64,000 bases of DNA from a virus (lineage: Duplodnaviria > Caudoviricetes). The stretch is taken from the IMG/VR virus record IMGVR_UViG_2698536598_000002, positions 2,385 to 66,384 of that record; one strand, written 5' to 3'. A program made the position numbers and the translations under genes. The first letter of the stretch is position 1. Each line of letters begins with the position of its first letter. A model generated the notes under the pieces. It worked only from the letters and a program-made list of their open reading frames with translations. It made no database searches and was not told the DNA's origin. Positions 27,101 to 34,930 of this stretch are shown piece by piece.

Positions 27101-27112
27101 GCCTCGGAACCG

Positions 27113-27664
27113 TCACGCGCAGACCCACATGCCGAAGCAGTACGGGGACCAGGCGCCGCGCATATCGAGGATGCAGGTGACCTGCACCGTCCACCCCGCG
27201 GCCGTCAGCATCTGTTCGACGTCCGCCTGTGACCAGGCCCAGTAGTGCTCGATGTTGGCGTCGCCCCAGTTGTCGACCGGCGTGGTCAGTACGAGGCGCC
27301 GGGCCTTGGTCCGGATCAGCTTCAGCACCCGGTCGGGGTCGTCGAGGTGCTCGATGGACTCGGAGCAGACGTACAGGTCGACGTCGGGGATGACGTGGAT
27401 GGTGTCCTCGATGGCGCCCTGAATCGCGTATCCGGGGGCGTAGTCGCCGAGGATCGTCGTCTCGGCGCCGACCGCTTTGGCGATGGCGCCGTTGCCGCAG
27501 GAGAGGTCAGCGACGGAGGAGACGTTCTCGATGCCCTTGGCGAGGGCGATGGTGGTGTCGACGCGGACGTGGTGGTCACGCCAGCGCCGGTGGTCGTGCG
27601 GCTGCGGATAGATGTTCGCGAGCTGCTCGGCCGTGTGTGCGGGGCGAAGCCGCTGCCGGGTCAC
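27113..27664 (-). CDS. Class I SAM-dependent methyltransferase
   Basis: VADLSCGNG motif I; YVCSESIEHLDDP; VLTTP; GTG start overlaps the GT2 stop. Confidence 0.85.
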   Translation of the reverse strand: MTRQRLRPAHTAEQLANIYPQPHDHRRWRDHHVRVDTTIALAKGIENVSSVADLSCGNGAIAKAVGAETTILGDYAPGYAIQGAIEDTIHVIPDVDLYVCSESIEHLDDPDRVLKLIRTKARRLVLTTPVDNWGDANIEHYWAWSQADVEQMLTAAGWTVQVTCILDMRGAWSPYCFGMWVCA

Positions 27665-28362
27665 AGGAGCGCTCGCAGTTTGTCGAGGTCGGCTTCGAGT
27701 CCGCCGTTGTCCCGGTAGTCGTAGTAGGCGGCGGAGTCGCTGCTCACCTGATCGGCGCTGTTCGCTTCCTCGTAGCCCTGGTCGACCTGCGCCTTGCCGG
27801 CGGCCGGGTGGAGGTGCTCGATGACGACGTCGGGCAGGTAGGTGATGCGGCTCAGGCCGCGCCCCCAGTCCAGCCATACGAGGTCGAGGCACAGGTGGAC
27901 CAGGCTGGGCGGACTGAAGTAGCCGAGGGTCTGGACGATGTCGCTGGTCAGGGCGACGGCGGTGGGCATGTTCTCGCCCTGGAGGAGGTCGTTGCCGTAG
28001 ACGAGGCCGGGGCCGCCACCGGACAGGCATTCGCGGAATCGTTCGTCCCACGGTCGGTCTGCGGGCCGGGGTCGGTGATCGTCGCCCAGGAACGCGAGGA
28101 ACCGGTAGGAGTCGGCGTTCTTCACTGCTGCTTGGTTCAGGGTGCCGCAGAGCCGCTTGCGCGCCCAGAACACGAACCGCACCCGGCCGTCGTCGGCGAA
28201 CTCCTTGGCGTGCGCCTTGTACGCGGAGAGTTCGGGGTCGTCCTTGTCGACGCAGAACAGCACGTCCGCGGTCGCCCCGGTGTCGTCCCACGCCTGCATG
28301 ATCTCCGGCACAGCCTGAGGCCGGCCGCGGGTGGGGATGATGACGAGAAGGTCGTCGGCCAT
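27661..28362 (-). CDS. Glycosyltransferase, GT-A fold (GT2-like)
   Basis: VIIPTRGRP...CVDKDD...LAFLGDDH...VVIEHLHP. Confidence 0.88.
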   Translation of the reverse strand: MADDLLVIIPTRGRPQAVPEIMQAWDDTGATADVLFCVDKDDPELSAYKAHAKEFADDGRVRFVFWARKRLCGTLNQAAVKNADSYRFLAFLGDDHRPRPADRPWDERFRECLSGGGPGLVYGNDLLQGENMPTAVALTSDIVQTLGYFSPPSLVHLCLDLVWLDWGRGLSRITYLPDVVIEHLHPAAGKAQVDQGYEEANSADQVSSDSAAYYDYRDNGGLEADLDKLRALL

Positions 28363-28374
28363 GGCGCGGGCTCC

Positions 28375-28662
28375 TTACGTGACGGTGAGGATTCCGGCCC
28401 GGCGGACGACGGCTTCGGCTCCGGGCGGGTCGATGTGGATCCACACCCGGTAGTCGCCCGCGGTGAGGGCGAGGTCGGTGGCGGGGCCGATGAGGACGCG
28501 GGCGGAGGTGCCGTCCCAGCTGGCGGTGTGCCATTCGTCGTCGTCGGGGTTGGTGCGGTGTGCGACGGCGGCGATCTTGACGGGGGTGCCGGTGAGGCTG
28601 GTGCCGGCGGGTGTGGCGGTGACGGGGACGTGCAGGTATTCGGTGCTGCTGGCGGGGATCAC
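28375..28662 (-). CDS. Small Ig-like/BppU-like structural protein
   Basis: Beta-rich; LTAGDYRVWIHI; coupled to the upstream gene. Confidence 0.55.
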   Translation of the reverse strand: MIPASSTEYLHVPVTATPAGTSLTGTPVKIAAVAHRTNPDDDEWHTASWDGTSARVLIGPATDLALTAGDYRVWIHIDPPGAEAVVRRAGILTVT

Positions 28663-29654
28663 AGCCATGGTTCGCCGACCTCCCAAGCCAGGGCGGGCGG
28701 GCCGGTGGTGAAGCCGTAGTCGATGGCGCTGTCGGCGACGGTGGCCGTGCCGCTGGCGGTCAGGGTGGCTGTCGCTCGAGCAGAGCGCGTACCGACCGCG
28801 GCGAGCATGCTGTTGGCCGCGGCATTTGCCGACCCGGTGACCCACCGTGCGCCGGCCGCGGCGAGCGTGGTCTCGCCGTGCAGCTCAGTGCCGCCGCGGG
28901 CCCGCAGGATGCTGGCCGCCGCAGAGTCGCTGGTGGCGTCGAGGGCCGCGGTGGCGATTCTGCGGGCAGCGTTTGAGGCGGTTGCCGTCCCAACTGCGGT
29001 GAGGGCAGCCGAGCCTGTAGCGCGGAGTATGCCGACCGTGGCGAGGGCGCCGTCGGCGGCAAGGTCTGCGGCCCCGGTGACGGTGCTGAACAGCGGCGCG
29101 TTGACGGAGTCGACCTCAATGAAGTCGTCAACACCCGCGTCCCGGTGGCCTTCGATGAGGAAGGCGAGGTTGGTGTCCGCAGCCCACGCGGGGGTCGTAG
29201 CGGTACGCCGGTTGGTCCAGTCGATGCCGTCGGGGCTGGTGTCCCAGTACAGGGTGCCCGCGTCTTCGCGGAAGCGGAGCCAGGCGTGGTCGGTGGGCGA
29301 GTAGGTGAGGAAGACGGCGCCGCCGTCGGCGTAGCCCTCACGCAGGTAGAGGCCGACTGCGGTCTGCGCGGAGTCGACGATGAACCCGGCGTCGGTTCCG
29401 CCCGTCGAGGTGAGCACGAGGCAGCTGGCCGCGGTTGAGGTCGCCCCGTTGGGGGTCGGCGGGTGCAGCCGGATGGTGATTCCGGATCCGGTGAGCGTGT
29501 AGATGCTGCCGGACTTGAGGCCCGCGTACCCGGTGGTGCACGGGATGCGGGCCCGGCCGGCGGTCTCGTCGGGGTCTCCGTAACTGCCGGACCAGAGGCC
29601 GGTGTCGAGGCTGCCGTCCTCGAAGTCGTCGACGAGCTCGGCGAAGGTGGGCAC
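28659..29654 (-). CDS. Putative virion appendage: lectin-like N-terminal domain plus Ala/Thr/Ser-rich stalk
   Basis: DDFEDG..D..LW...WLRFRE..GTLYWDTSPDG..W; low-complexity A/T/S C-terminal half. Confidence 0.6.
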   Translation of the reverse strand: MPTFAELVDDFEDGSLDTGLWSGSYGDPDETAGRARIPCTTGYAGLKSGSIYTLTGSGITIRLHPPTPNGATSTAASCLVLTSTGGTDAGFIVDSAQTAVGLYLREGYADGGAVFLTYSPTDHAWLRFREDAGTLYWDTSPDGIDWTNRRTATTPAWAADTNLAFLIEGHRDAGVDDFIEVDSVNAPLFSTVTGAADLAADGALATVGILRATGSAALTAVGTATASNAARRIATAALDATSDSAAASILRARGGTELHGETTLAAAGARWVTGSANAAANSMLAAVGTRSARATATLTASGTATVADSAIDYGFTTGPPALAWEVGEPWL

Positions 29655-29664
29655 GACGGCTCAC

Positions 29665-30054
29665 CTAGCCGATCGACAGGTCGACGTCTCCTGCGGCCAG
29701 CTTCAGTTCATCGCCGGCCCCGAGCGTCTTGCTGGCGGTGAGCGGCCCGTGCCACAGCCGCACCGGGCTGCCGGCCGAGTCGTAGATCTCGACGCCGACG
29801 ACCGTGCACGCGGGCATGCCGGTGAACAGAATGTCGGCGTCGTTCGAGACTCCACTGCCGCCAGTAGACGAGGTGAGGGCGATGTTCTGGCGGGCGTAGG
29901 ACCCGCCGGTCACCTCGGTGCCGGCCGCCGAGTCGGAGCCGTTCGCGGTGACGAGTGCGGCCTTCAGCGGGGTGGTGGGCCGGGTGGGGGTGCCTACGCC
30001 GTGCAGCCAGTTGAGGAGCAGGCTCTCGGCAACGTCGGTCAGGTTGTCGGCGAT
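29665..30054 (-). CDS. Small phage fibre-like structural protein; apparent ATC start
   Basis: (I)ADNLTDVAE..LLNWL.G..TP..P..LKAAL.TA.G.D...GTEVTGGSYARQ...N.ADI.F..MPA; GGAGG 9 nt upstream of ATC. Confidence 0.65.
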   Translation of the reverse strand: MADNLTDVAESLLLNWLHGVGTPTRPTTPLKAALVTANGSDSAAGTEVTGGSYARQNIALTSSTGGSGVSNDADILFTGMPACTVVGVEIYDSAGSPVRLWHGPLTASKTLGAGDELKLAAGDVDLSIG

Positions 30055-30074
30055 GGCTACTGCCCTCCGGGTGC

Positions 30075-30287
30075 GGCATGGTTGGGTGTCCCGCCGCCCG
30101 GGTGGGGGCGTGTGGGCGGCGGGACGTCGGGGCGGGCTGAGCCGGCCAGCCCCGGGCTAGGGGAATTCGAACAGGTGCCAACTGGAGGTCTGCGTCCGCC
30201 CGGCTCCCGCTAGGGCCGGGCGGACGGGTGGGCCGAGCGCGAGGCGCTTCTAGGCCCGGCCTGCGCTACCGCCCGGGGCGCAGGGGA
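30075..30287 (-). other. Hairpin-rich non-coding leader of the late operon
   Basis: Perfect 12-bp inverted repeat 30193-30204/30215-30226 plus several shorter stems. Confidence 0.55.
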
Positions 30288-30530
30288 TCATGCGGCCAGT
30301 AAGCCGCTTCCGATCAGGGGAGGTGCAGGGGCGAGTGCAGTGATCTGTCGCGTGTCGGGGTCGCGTTTGGCGGCAGGGAGCTCGGCGAGGTCGTAGAGGA
30401 CACCGTTGCGTCGCCGTGCGGGGTCGGGGTGGCGGGTGAGTCTGCCTTCTGCGGCCCAGCGGCGAATGGTTTTGGCTGGCCGGCCGGTCCAGTAGGCGGC
30501 GAGGTCTTCGGTGACGAGTTGCGGGGGCAT
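30288..30530 (-). CDS. HTH DNA-binding protein (candidate late regulator)
   Basis: LAAYWTGRPAKTIRRWAAEGRL...LYDLAEL. Confidence 0.8.
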   Translation of the reverse strand: MPPQLVTEDLAAYWTGRPAKTIRRWAAEGRLTRHPDPARRRNGVLYDLAELPAAKRDPDTRQITALAPAPPLIGSGLLAA

Positions 30531-30553
30531 TCGTTCACCCCCGGATACGCGAA

Positions 30554-30575
30554 AGGGCCGCTTGATAGCGGCCCT
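30554..30575 (-). terminator. Stem-loop, intrinsic-terminator-like
   Basis: AGGGCCGCT-N4-AGCGGCCCT followed by TT on the minus strand. Confidence 0.45.
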
Positions 30576-30655
30576 CCAGACACAGCGAGATCGATTGGAG
30601 CACACCATACGCTCGGCCTGATCAACTGGCAAGTGGCGTTGCTGGAATGGCACGT

Positions 30656-31429
30656 CTAGCGAAGCGACGGCATTGCCGGGATGGTCCGCGCGAGCCAGTC
30701 GTCGGGCTTGGTGGTGAAGTGGGGTGCCTGGCTGGTCTCCCACCAGGAGCGGACGGCGGTAGTGCTCACGGTCTGGTCGGTGCGCCTGTCGACGTACTCG
30801 ACTGGCCGTTCCCCCACGTGCCGCACGGTGACGCGCCCGCGTTTGCAGCCAGCCGGATAGTCGTTCCAGTTGACGTCCGCCTCCGCGAAAAGAAGTTCCT
30901 GCATCTGGTCACCATTGAGGCCGTGGAGCCGTTTGTGCGGGAAGCGAGCCTGTGCCGCCATAGAGATCGAGTTACGGACGGCATCCCTCTGCCTCCACAG
31001 GAAGTAGTTGGCGACTTCGACGGGGCCACTGATCGTGAACACGCGGGAGTCGAACAGGGCACGCTTGCCAGGCCGGCGTTCGTTGATGACTGCGGTGGCG
31101 AGCGCGGCCGATATGGAGACCTGCTTGGCGACGACCCCGCCGAACCAGGGCTGTGTCTGGGTGGTGGCGAAGTCGGTGACGAGGACGCTGATCTCGTCGG
31201 ACTGCGTGTACGCGAAGACGGTGCCGGAGATCTCGGCGCAGACGGCTTCGGCGACGGCGTCCATGTCGGCCATGAAGGTCTCGTCGAACGGGCGCTGGGC
31301 GCCACGCAGATAGGTGTGGGCGGCCCGGATGTCGAGCCTGATCAGGCAGTACGTCCGGCGCGGGAGCACGGCTCGATGGACGGCCTCGTACTCCTTCATG
31401 CGGTCGCCCAGGCTGGTGCTGTCGGTCAC
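30656..31429 (-). CDS. Thg1-like tRNA(His) guanylyltransferase / 3'-5' RNA polymerase
   Basis: LGDRMKEYE, IRLD, YTQSDEIS, FDSRVF, YFLWRQRDAVRNSI. Confidence 0.92.
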   Translation of the reverse strand: MTDSTSLGDRMKEYEAVHRAVLPRRTYCLIRLDIRAAHTYLRGAQRPFDETFMADMDAVAEAVCAEISGTVFAYTQSDEISVLVTDFATTQTQPWFGGVVAKQVSISAALATAVINERRPGKRALFDSRVFTISGPVEVANYFLWRQRDAVRNSISMAAQARFPHKRLHGLNGDQMQELLFAEADVNWNDYPAGCKRGRVTVRHVGERPVEYVDRRTDQTVSTTAVRSWWETSQAPHFTTKPDDWLARTIPAMPSLR

Positions 31430-31869
31430 GCGCTGGTCCCCTCACCGGGACGCACAGGCAGCCGGCCCTCGTAACCCGCCAGCTTCTCTACGAGTGCCCG
31501 TCCGGCATCCGCCGCTCGACACGCATCCATGACCGCGTAGTTCTCTCCTGCCGCTTCCAAGCGCGCTGACAGATCCGCGATCGCCTTCGTGTACGCCTGG
31601 GCCAATCGCAGTGCCTCCGCCCTGCTGATGTGCTCCTCGGCGCAGAGTGTGTCGGCGCGGACTTCGAAGACGGATGGCGCTAGCTTCTCCACGATCTTCT
31701 GGGCTACCCCGAGTTGCAGCTCCCGCTCGACATGTGCCCGGGCACCGGAGTGATCGGACCAGATCTCTCGGTGGACCATGCGGACCGCCGTCGCCTGCAC
31801 GTCGTCGAGAGTGAGGTCGCATCGAACGGTGACGTAGGCGGGGTCTGAGAAGGGCAGGGTCCCGCTCAT
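31426..31869 (-). CDS. Hypothetical protein
   Basis: Coupled ORF, 147 aa. Confidence 0.65.
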   Translation of the reverse strand: MSGTLPFSDPAYVTVRCDLTLDDVQATAVRMVHREIWSDHSGARAHVERELQLGVAQKIVEKLAPSVFEVRADTLCAEEHISRAEALRLAQAYTKAIADLSARLEAAGENYAVMDACRAADAGRALVEKLAGYEGRLPVRPGEGTSA

Positions 31870-32165
31870 GCAATCTTCTCCTCGACGGTCTCGTTCATCG
31901 CGCGGATGTCGTCCACAGCCCGAAAGCGGTGCCCGCAAGGCAGCCAGCGCAGGCGTAGCATCCGCTCATTCTTGCCGAGCTCTGGGTCTTCAAGTCGGAT
32001 TTCGATCCGCCCTGCTGGCCCCTCGCAGGCCGGGCATCTGGGCAGTCGTAGGATCGGGGCGGCGAATGGGCCTCGACTGGCGAACTCCTCGTCGCGGTCG
32101 CGGAGCTCGATGCGCAGGTCGGCCTTCTGCTGCGGAGTGAGCCTCTGCACTTCGTGCTGATTCAT
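31866..32165 (-). CDS. Hypothetical protein with CxxC...CxH
   Basis: CPAC...PCGH. Confidence 0.65.
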   Translation of the reverse strand: MNQHEVQRLTPQQKADLRIELRDRDEEFASRGPFAAPILRLPRCPACEGPAGRIEIRLEDPELGKNERMLRLRWLPCGHRFRAVDDIRAMNETVEEKIA

Positions 32166-32392
32166 GCCGCCTCCGTGGTGTGGGCGATGGCGCGGGCTTC
32201 GAGGGAGTCGGCTTCGACGTCGATTGCCGCGCCTGCACTGTGCAGGTCGCAGTCGGGGTCGTCGGCGAGGTTGCGGCACGATTCGGCGATGGCCCGCAGG
32301 AGGGCGAGGACCGCATCGCATGGCAGGTAGGGCTGCCCGTCGCTGGCGGTCACGATCGGCAGGCGATCGGCCGCGTGCGAGGTGGGGCTCAT
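32162..32392 (-). CDS. Hypothetical protein
   Basis: Coupled ORF MSPTSHAADRLP... Confidence 0.65.
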   Translation of the reverse strand: MSPTSHAADRLPIVTASDGQPYLPCDAVLALLRAIAESCRNLADDPDCDLHSAGAAIDVEADSLEARAIAHTTEAA

Positions 32393-33096
32393 GCCGCCGC
32401 CCCTGCGGCCTCGGCCAGCACCGCCTCCTGTGCGGACCGGAGTTCGCGCCATTCTCCGAGTCCGTCCCAGCGTGCCCCGCACGTTCCGCAGTGGACGCGG
32501 TGGTTGTCGGTTGCTGCGGTGAGCGGCTGCCCGCACCATCCGTCGTCGGCGGGGGTGGGGCAGGCGCCGATCTGTACACGGCCGGCGCGGGGTTCGTGGT
32601 TGGCGAGTGCCGTGCATTCGCCGTGGAGGCGCCGCAACTCGTCGATGTCCTGGCCAACGGGTTCGTAACTGGAGCAGGCCCACAGCAGGTTGTTGGTGAG
32701 GAACGCCGCGTGCTGGGGGACGGCTTCGGCCGGGGAGCCGCGCCACGGAGCCACGGTCCAGCCGAGTTCCTTCCGCCAGGCGTCCTCGATGTCCTGTAGG
32801 CGGGCGGCTATTCCTCCGGGGTCGACGAGCGCGAGGACGTCGAGGCGGGGCGGGATCGGGGGCGTCCGGCTGCCGGAGGTCGCGGCGCCGGGTTTACGGC
32901 CGCCGCGCATCAGCATGCTGGTGGTGTTCAGCTTCTCGAACAGGCTGGGGAGTTCGGCGATGCGGCTGGCTGTGGCGTCTTCACACGGCCGGCAGGCCCA
33001 CCGATTGGATTCGGCTACCCACAGCTGCTTGTTGCAGCGGGGGGTTACGCAGATCGGCCAGTCGTATTCGTCGAGGGCAGCGGGGTTGTCGTGCAC
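32389..33096 (-). CDS. Zn-finger phage protein (possible late-gene regulator)
   Basis: N-terminal C-x4-C...CxxC and C-terminal C...C...CxxC..W; PPIPPRLDVL. Confidence 0.7.
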   Translation of the reverse strand: MHDNPAALDEYDWPICVTPRCNKQLWVAESNRWACRPCEDATASRIAELPSLFEKLNTTSMLMRGGRKPGAATSGSRTPPIPPRLDVLALVDPGGIAARLQDIEDAWRKELGWTVAPWRGSPAEAVPQHAAFLTNNLLWACSSYEPVGQDIDELRRLHGECTALANHEPRAGRVQIGACPTPADDGWCGQPLTAATDNHRVHCGTCGARWDGLGEWRELRSAQEAVLAEAAGAAA

Positions 33097-33223
33097 GGTC
33101 GGCTCCTCGGGGCGGTACGGGAAGCAGAGTGATGCTTGAGCCAATGGTGCACTACGAGGCAGACAACCCGGGCCAATGGCACAGTGCCGTTGCCTCGGCC
33201 GGGTGGGCGGCGATGATGAGGCA

Positions 33224-33538
33224 ATGAGCGACGACATCTCTGCCATGGTCGGCTTTCTGCGCACCGAATACGCCGAGGCCATCTCACGGGCCCGCGAGAT
33301 CGGCAACGTGCTCGTCACCCGAGCAGCAGGCGAGTTGGGTCTGTCGGTGGACCGTGCAGAGCGGCAGGCGCAATTGGGCCTGCACAGCGCTGAGATGCGG
33401 GCCCAGTTTTTCGAGGAGACGGTGGTGCCGTATCTGGGTACGGCGGGACCAACTGGGCGGATCGCCGAGCAGCAGTTGCGGCTCCTTGCCCGGGAGTATC
33501 TGGGGCGCCCCGGTTTCGATGAGCGGTGGGCGCTGTAG
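33224..33538 (+). CDS. DUF6221-like protein
   Basis: MVGFLR.EY.E...LRLLA.EY..RPGF.E.W. Confidence 0.65.
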   Translation: MSDDISAMVGFLRTEYAEAISRAREIGNVLVTRAAGELGLSVDRAERQAQLGLHSAEMRAQFFEETVVPYLGTAGPTGRIAEQQLRLLAREYLGRPGFDERWAL

Positions 33539-33591
33539 CCTCTTCGCCTGTTTCTGCCCGGCTTCCTCAACTCGGCGGGCAGACTGCGGGT

Positions 33592-33786
33592 ATGGGGCAA
33601 CGGTTCACGGTTCAGGCGGACACGGAGCGGGAGTGTGCGGCCGGCTTGCAGCTGCTGCTGTCGCTGGGCCTGGAGTTGGCGATGCCGCCTCGACTGCTGT
33701 CCGGCAGCCGATGGATGGCGCGAGCCGCGCCGGGCGGCATAGTGGAGGTCTCGGCTGACAGCAGGAGCGGGGAGGCGAGCACATGA
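33592..33786 (+). CDS. Hypothetical protein
   Basis: Part of a coupled plus-strand cassette. Confidence 0.55.
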   Translation: MGQRFTVQADTERECAAGLQLLLSLGLELAMPPRLLSGSRWMARAAPGGIVEVSADSRSGEAST

Positions 33787-34055
33787 GCGTGGAGGTTCAG
33801 TTCGTCGGCGGGCCAGCCGACGGCAAGCAGATCGTCCTCGACGGCGATCCCATGAACCCGCGGCTAACAACCGAGGTGCTGCAACCGTCGCCCCTCAACT
33901 GGCACGAGCTAGACGCGGGTGTCGTCCCACCGATCCGTAAGGTCTTGTACCGGCGCGAAGCCAGCGCCTCCGACGACGGGCCGCTGTGGCTGTACCGCTA
34001 CGACGAGCGGGCGAGCGCGGGCCCGGCGCGTCCGGGCGAGGAGCCCACCACATGA
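33783..34055 (+). CDS. Hypothetical protein
   Basis: VQFVGGPADG motif; ATGA overlap. Confidence 0.65.
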   Translation: MSVEVQFVGGPADGKQIVLDGDPMNPRLTTEVLQPSPLNWHELDAGVVPPIRKVLYRREASASDDGPLWLYRYDERASAGPARPGEEPTT

Positions 34056-34264
34056 GCAGCGCCACGCCCCAGCGCACGCTGTGGAACCTGCGCGTCACCA
34101 TCCGGGGCCACTGGTGGCGAACCGCCGCCTACTACGGCGACGCGCCCGGCAGCCACACGGGGTTCTGGCGCACCGACTACTGCGGGCTACGCGGATGGAA
34201 CTACCGCGTCGGGAGCTTCGCCCGCTGCCTTACCGTCTTCGGGCACACCCGCGCTGCCCGCTGA
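34052..34264 (+). CDS. Trp/Arg-rich hypothetical protein
   Basis: ATGA overlap; ends at terminator. Confidence 0.55.
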   Translation: MSSATPQRTLWNLRVTIRGHWWRTAAYYGDAPGSHTGFWRTDYCGLRGWNYRVGSFARCLTVFGHTRAAR

Positions 34265-34279
34265 CCCACCGCATGACGA

Positions 34280-34305
34280 AGGCCCCGCCCAACCCGGCGG
34301 GGCCT
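34280..34305. terminator. Bidirectional terminator between convergent genes
   Basis: AGGCCCCGCC-N6-GGCGGGGCCT. Confidence 0.75.
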
Positions 34306-34319
34306 CTTCACGTGCGTGG

Positions 34320-34727
34320 TCAGTACTCGCCGGAGTCCCGTAGATCCTGCCGTACCTGCGCCGCATGCTTCGGGCAGTACGCCTTCGTACCCAGCAGCAC
34401 GAGCTGGTAGGCGTCCACCTTCTTCGTCCCCCAATTCTCACCCACGGGATACATGCCCGGCTGGTCCAAAATCCATGGCACCGTGTGGTCGGCGTCCAGT
34501 TCCTCGCACCACTGGGGTGGGAACGCGGTCAGCTCGTCGCGGGCGGGCACGCGGATCATGCCGTCGGCCCAGGAGTCGAGGTGCGCGTCGATGACGGACT
34601 TCATGAACCGGTCCGCCGGGTCCTTCACCGTAGCGCTGGGATTCGCTTCAGTCTTGGGCTCACCACCCGAGGAGCAGCCCGCCAACGCGAGACAGACGAC
34701 AGCAAGCACAACGGTGGCGTGACGCAT
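34320..34727 (-). CDS. Lipoprotein
   Basis: Signal peptide with lipobox LAGC. Confidence 0.85.
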   Translation of the reverse strand: MRHATVVLAVVCLALAGCSSGGEPKTEANPSATVKDPADRFMKSVIDAHLDSWADGMIRVPARDELTAFPPQWCEELDADHTVPWILDQPGMYPVGENWGTKKVDAYQLVLLGTKAYCPKHAAQVRQDLRDSGEY

Positions 34728-34930
34728 GGTCCCCCCAAGGACTCGGTTCCGAGGACCGGGATCGTAGCGCTAGATCGACGACGAAAACCCCGGCCGCCGC
34801 TCCCGCTTCACCGCCAGAATGTCGGCGAGGCGCACGACCGGCGGTCGTGCAGGCGGGGGCGCGACGGAACATGAGGGCGGCCCCACCGGACGGGGGCCGG
34901 CAGGACCTGGGGGGACTTCCAGTGTGGCAC

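Noticed and set aside
25995-28362. DNA base hypermodification or host serotype-conversion cluster
   Set aside because: No hydroxymethylase, kinase or phage DNA polymerase, and no flippase or membrane GT; location is in the late operon. Disfavoured, not disproved.
27113-28534. 473-aa ORF as one protein
   Set aside because: Only the last 183 codons carry methyltransferase motifs; the extension overlaps GT2 in another frame. Similar false N-terminal extensions were trimmed for lysin, portal, C5-MTase, initiator and others.
30140-30290. tRNA gene near TTCGAA
   Set aside because: No cloverleaf or acceptor stem could be built; kept only as a structured leader.
34770-34930. Short Pro-rich minus-strand ORF
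   Set aside because: No clear start or RBS, and low complexity.
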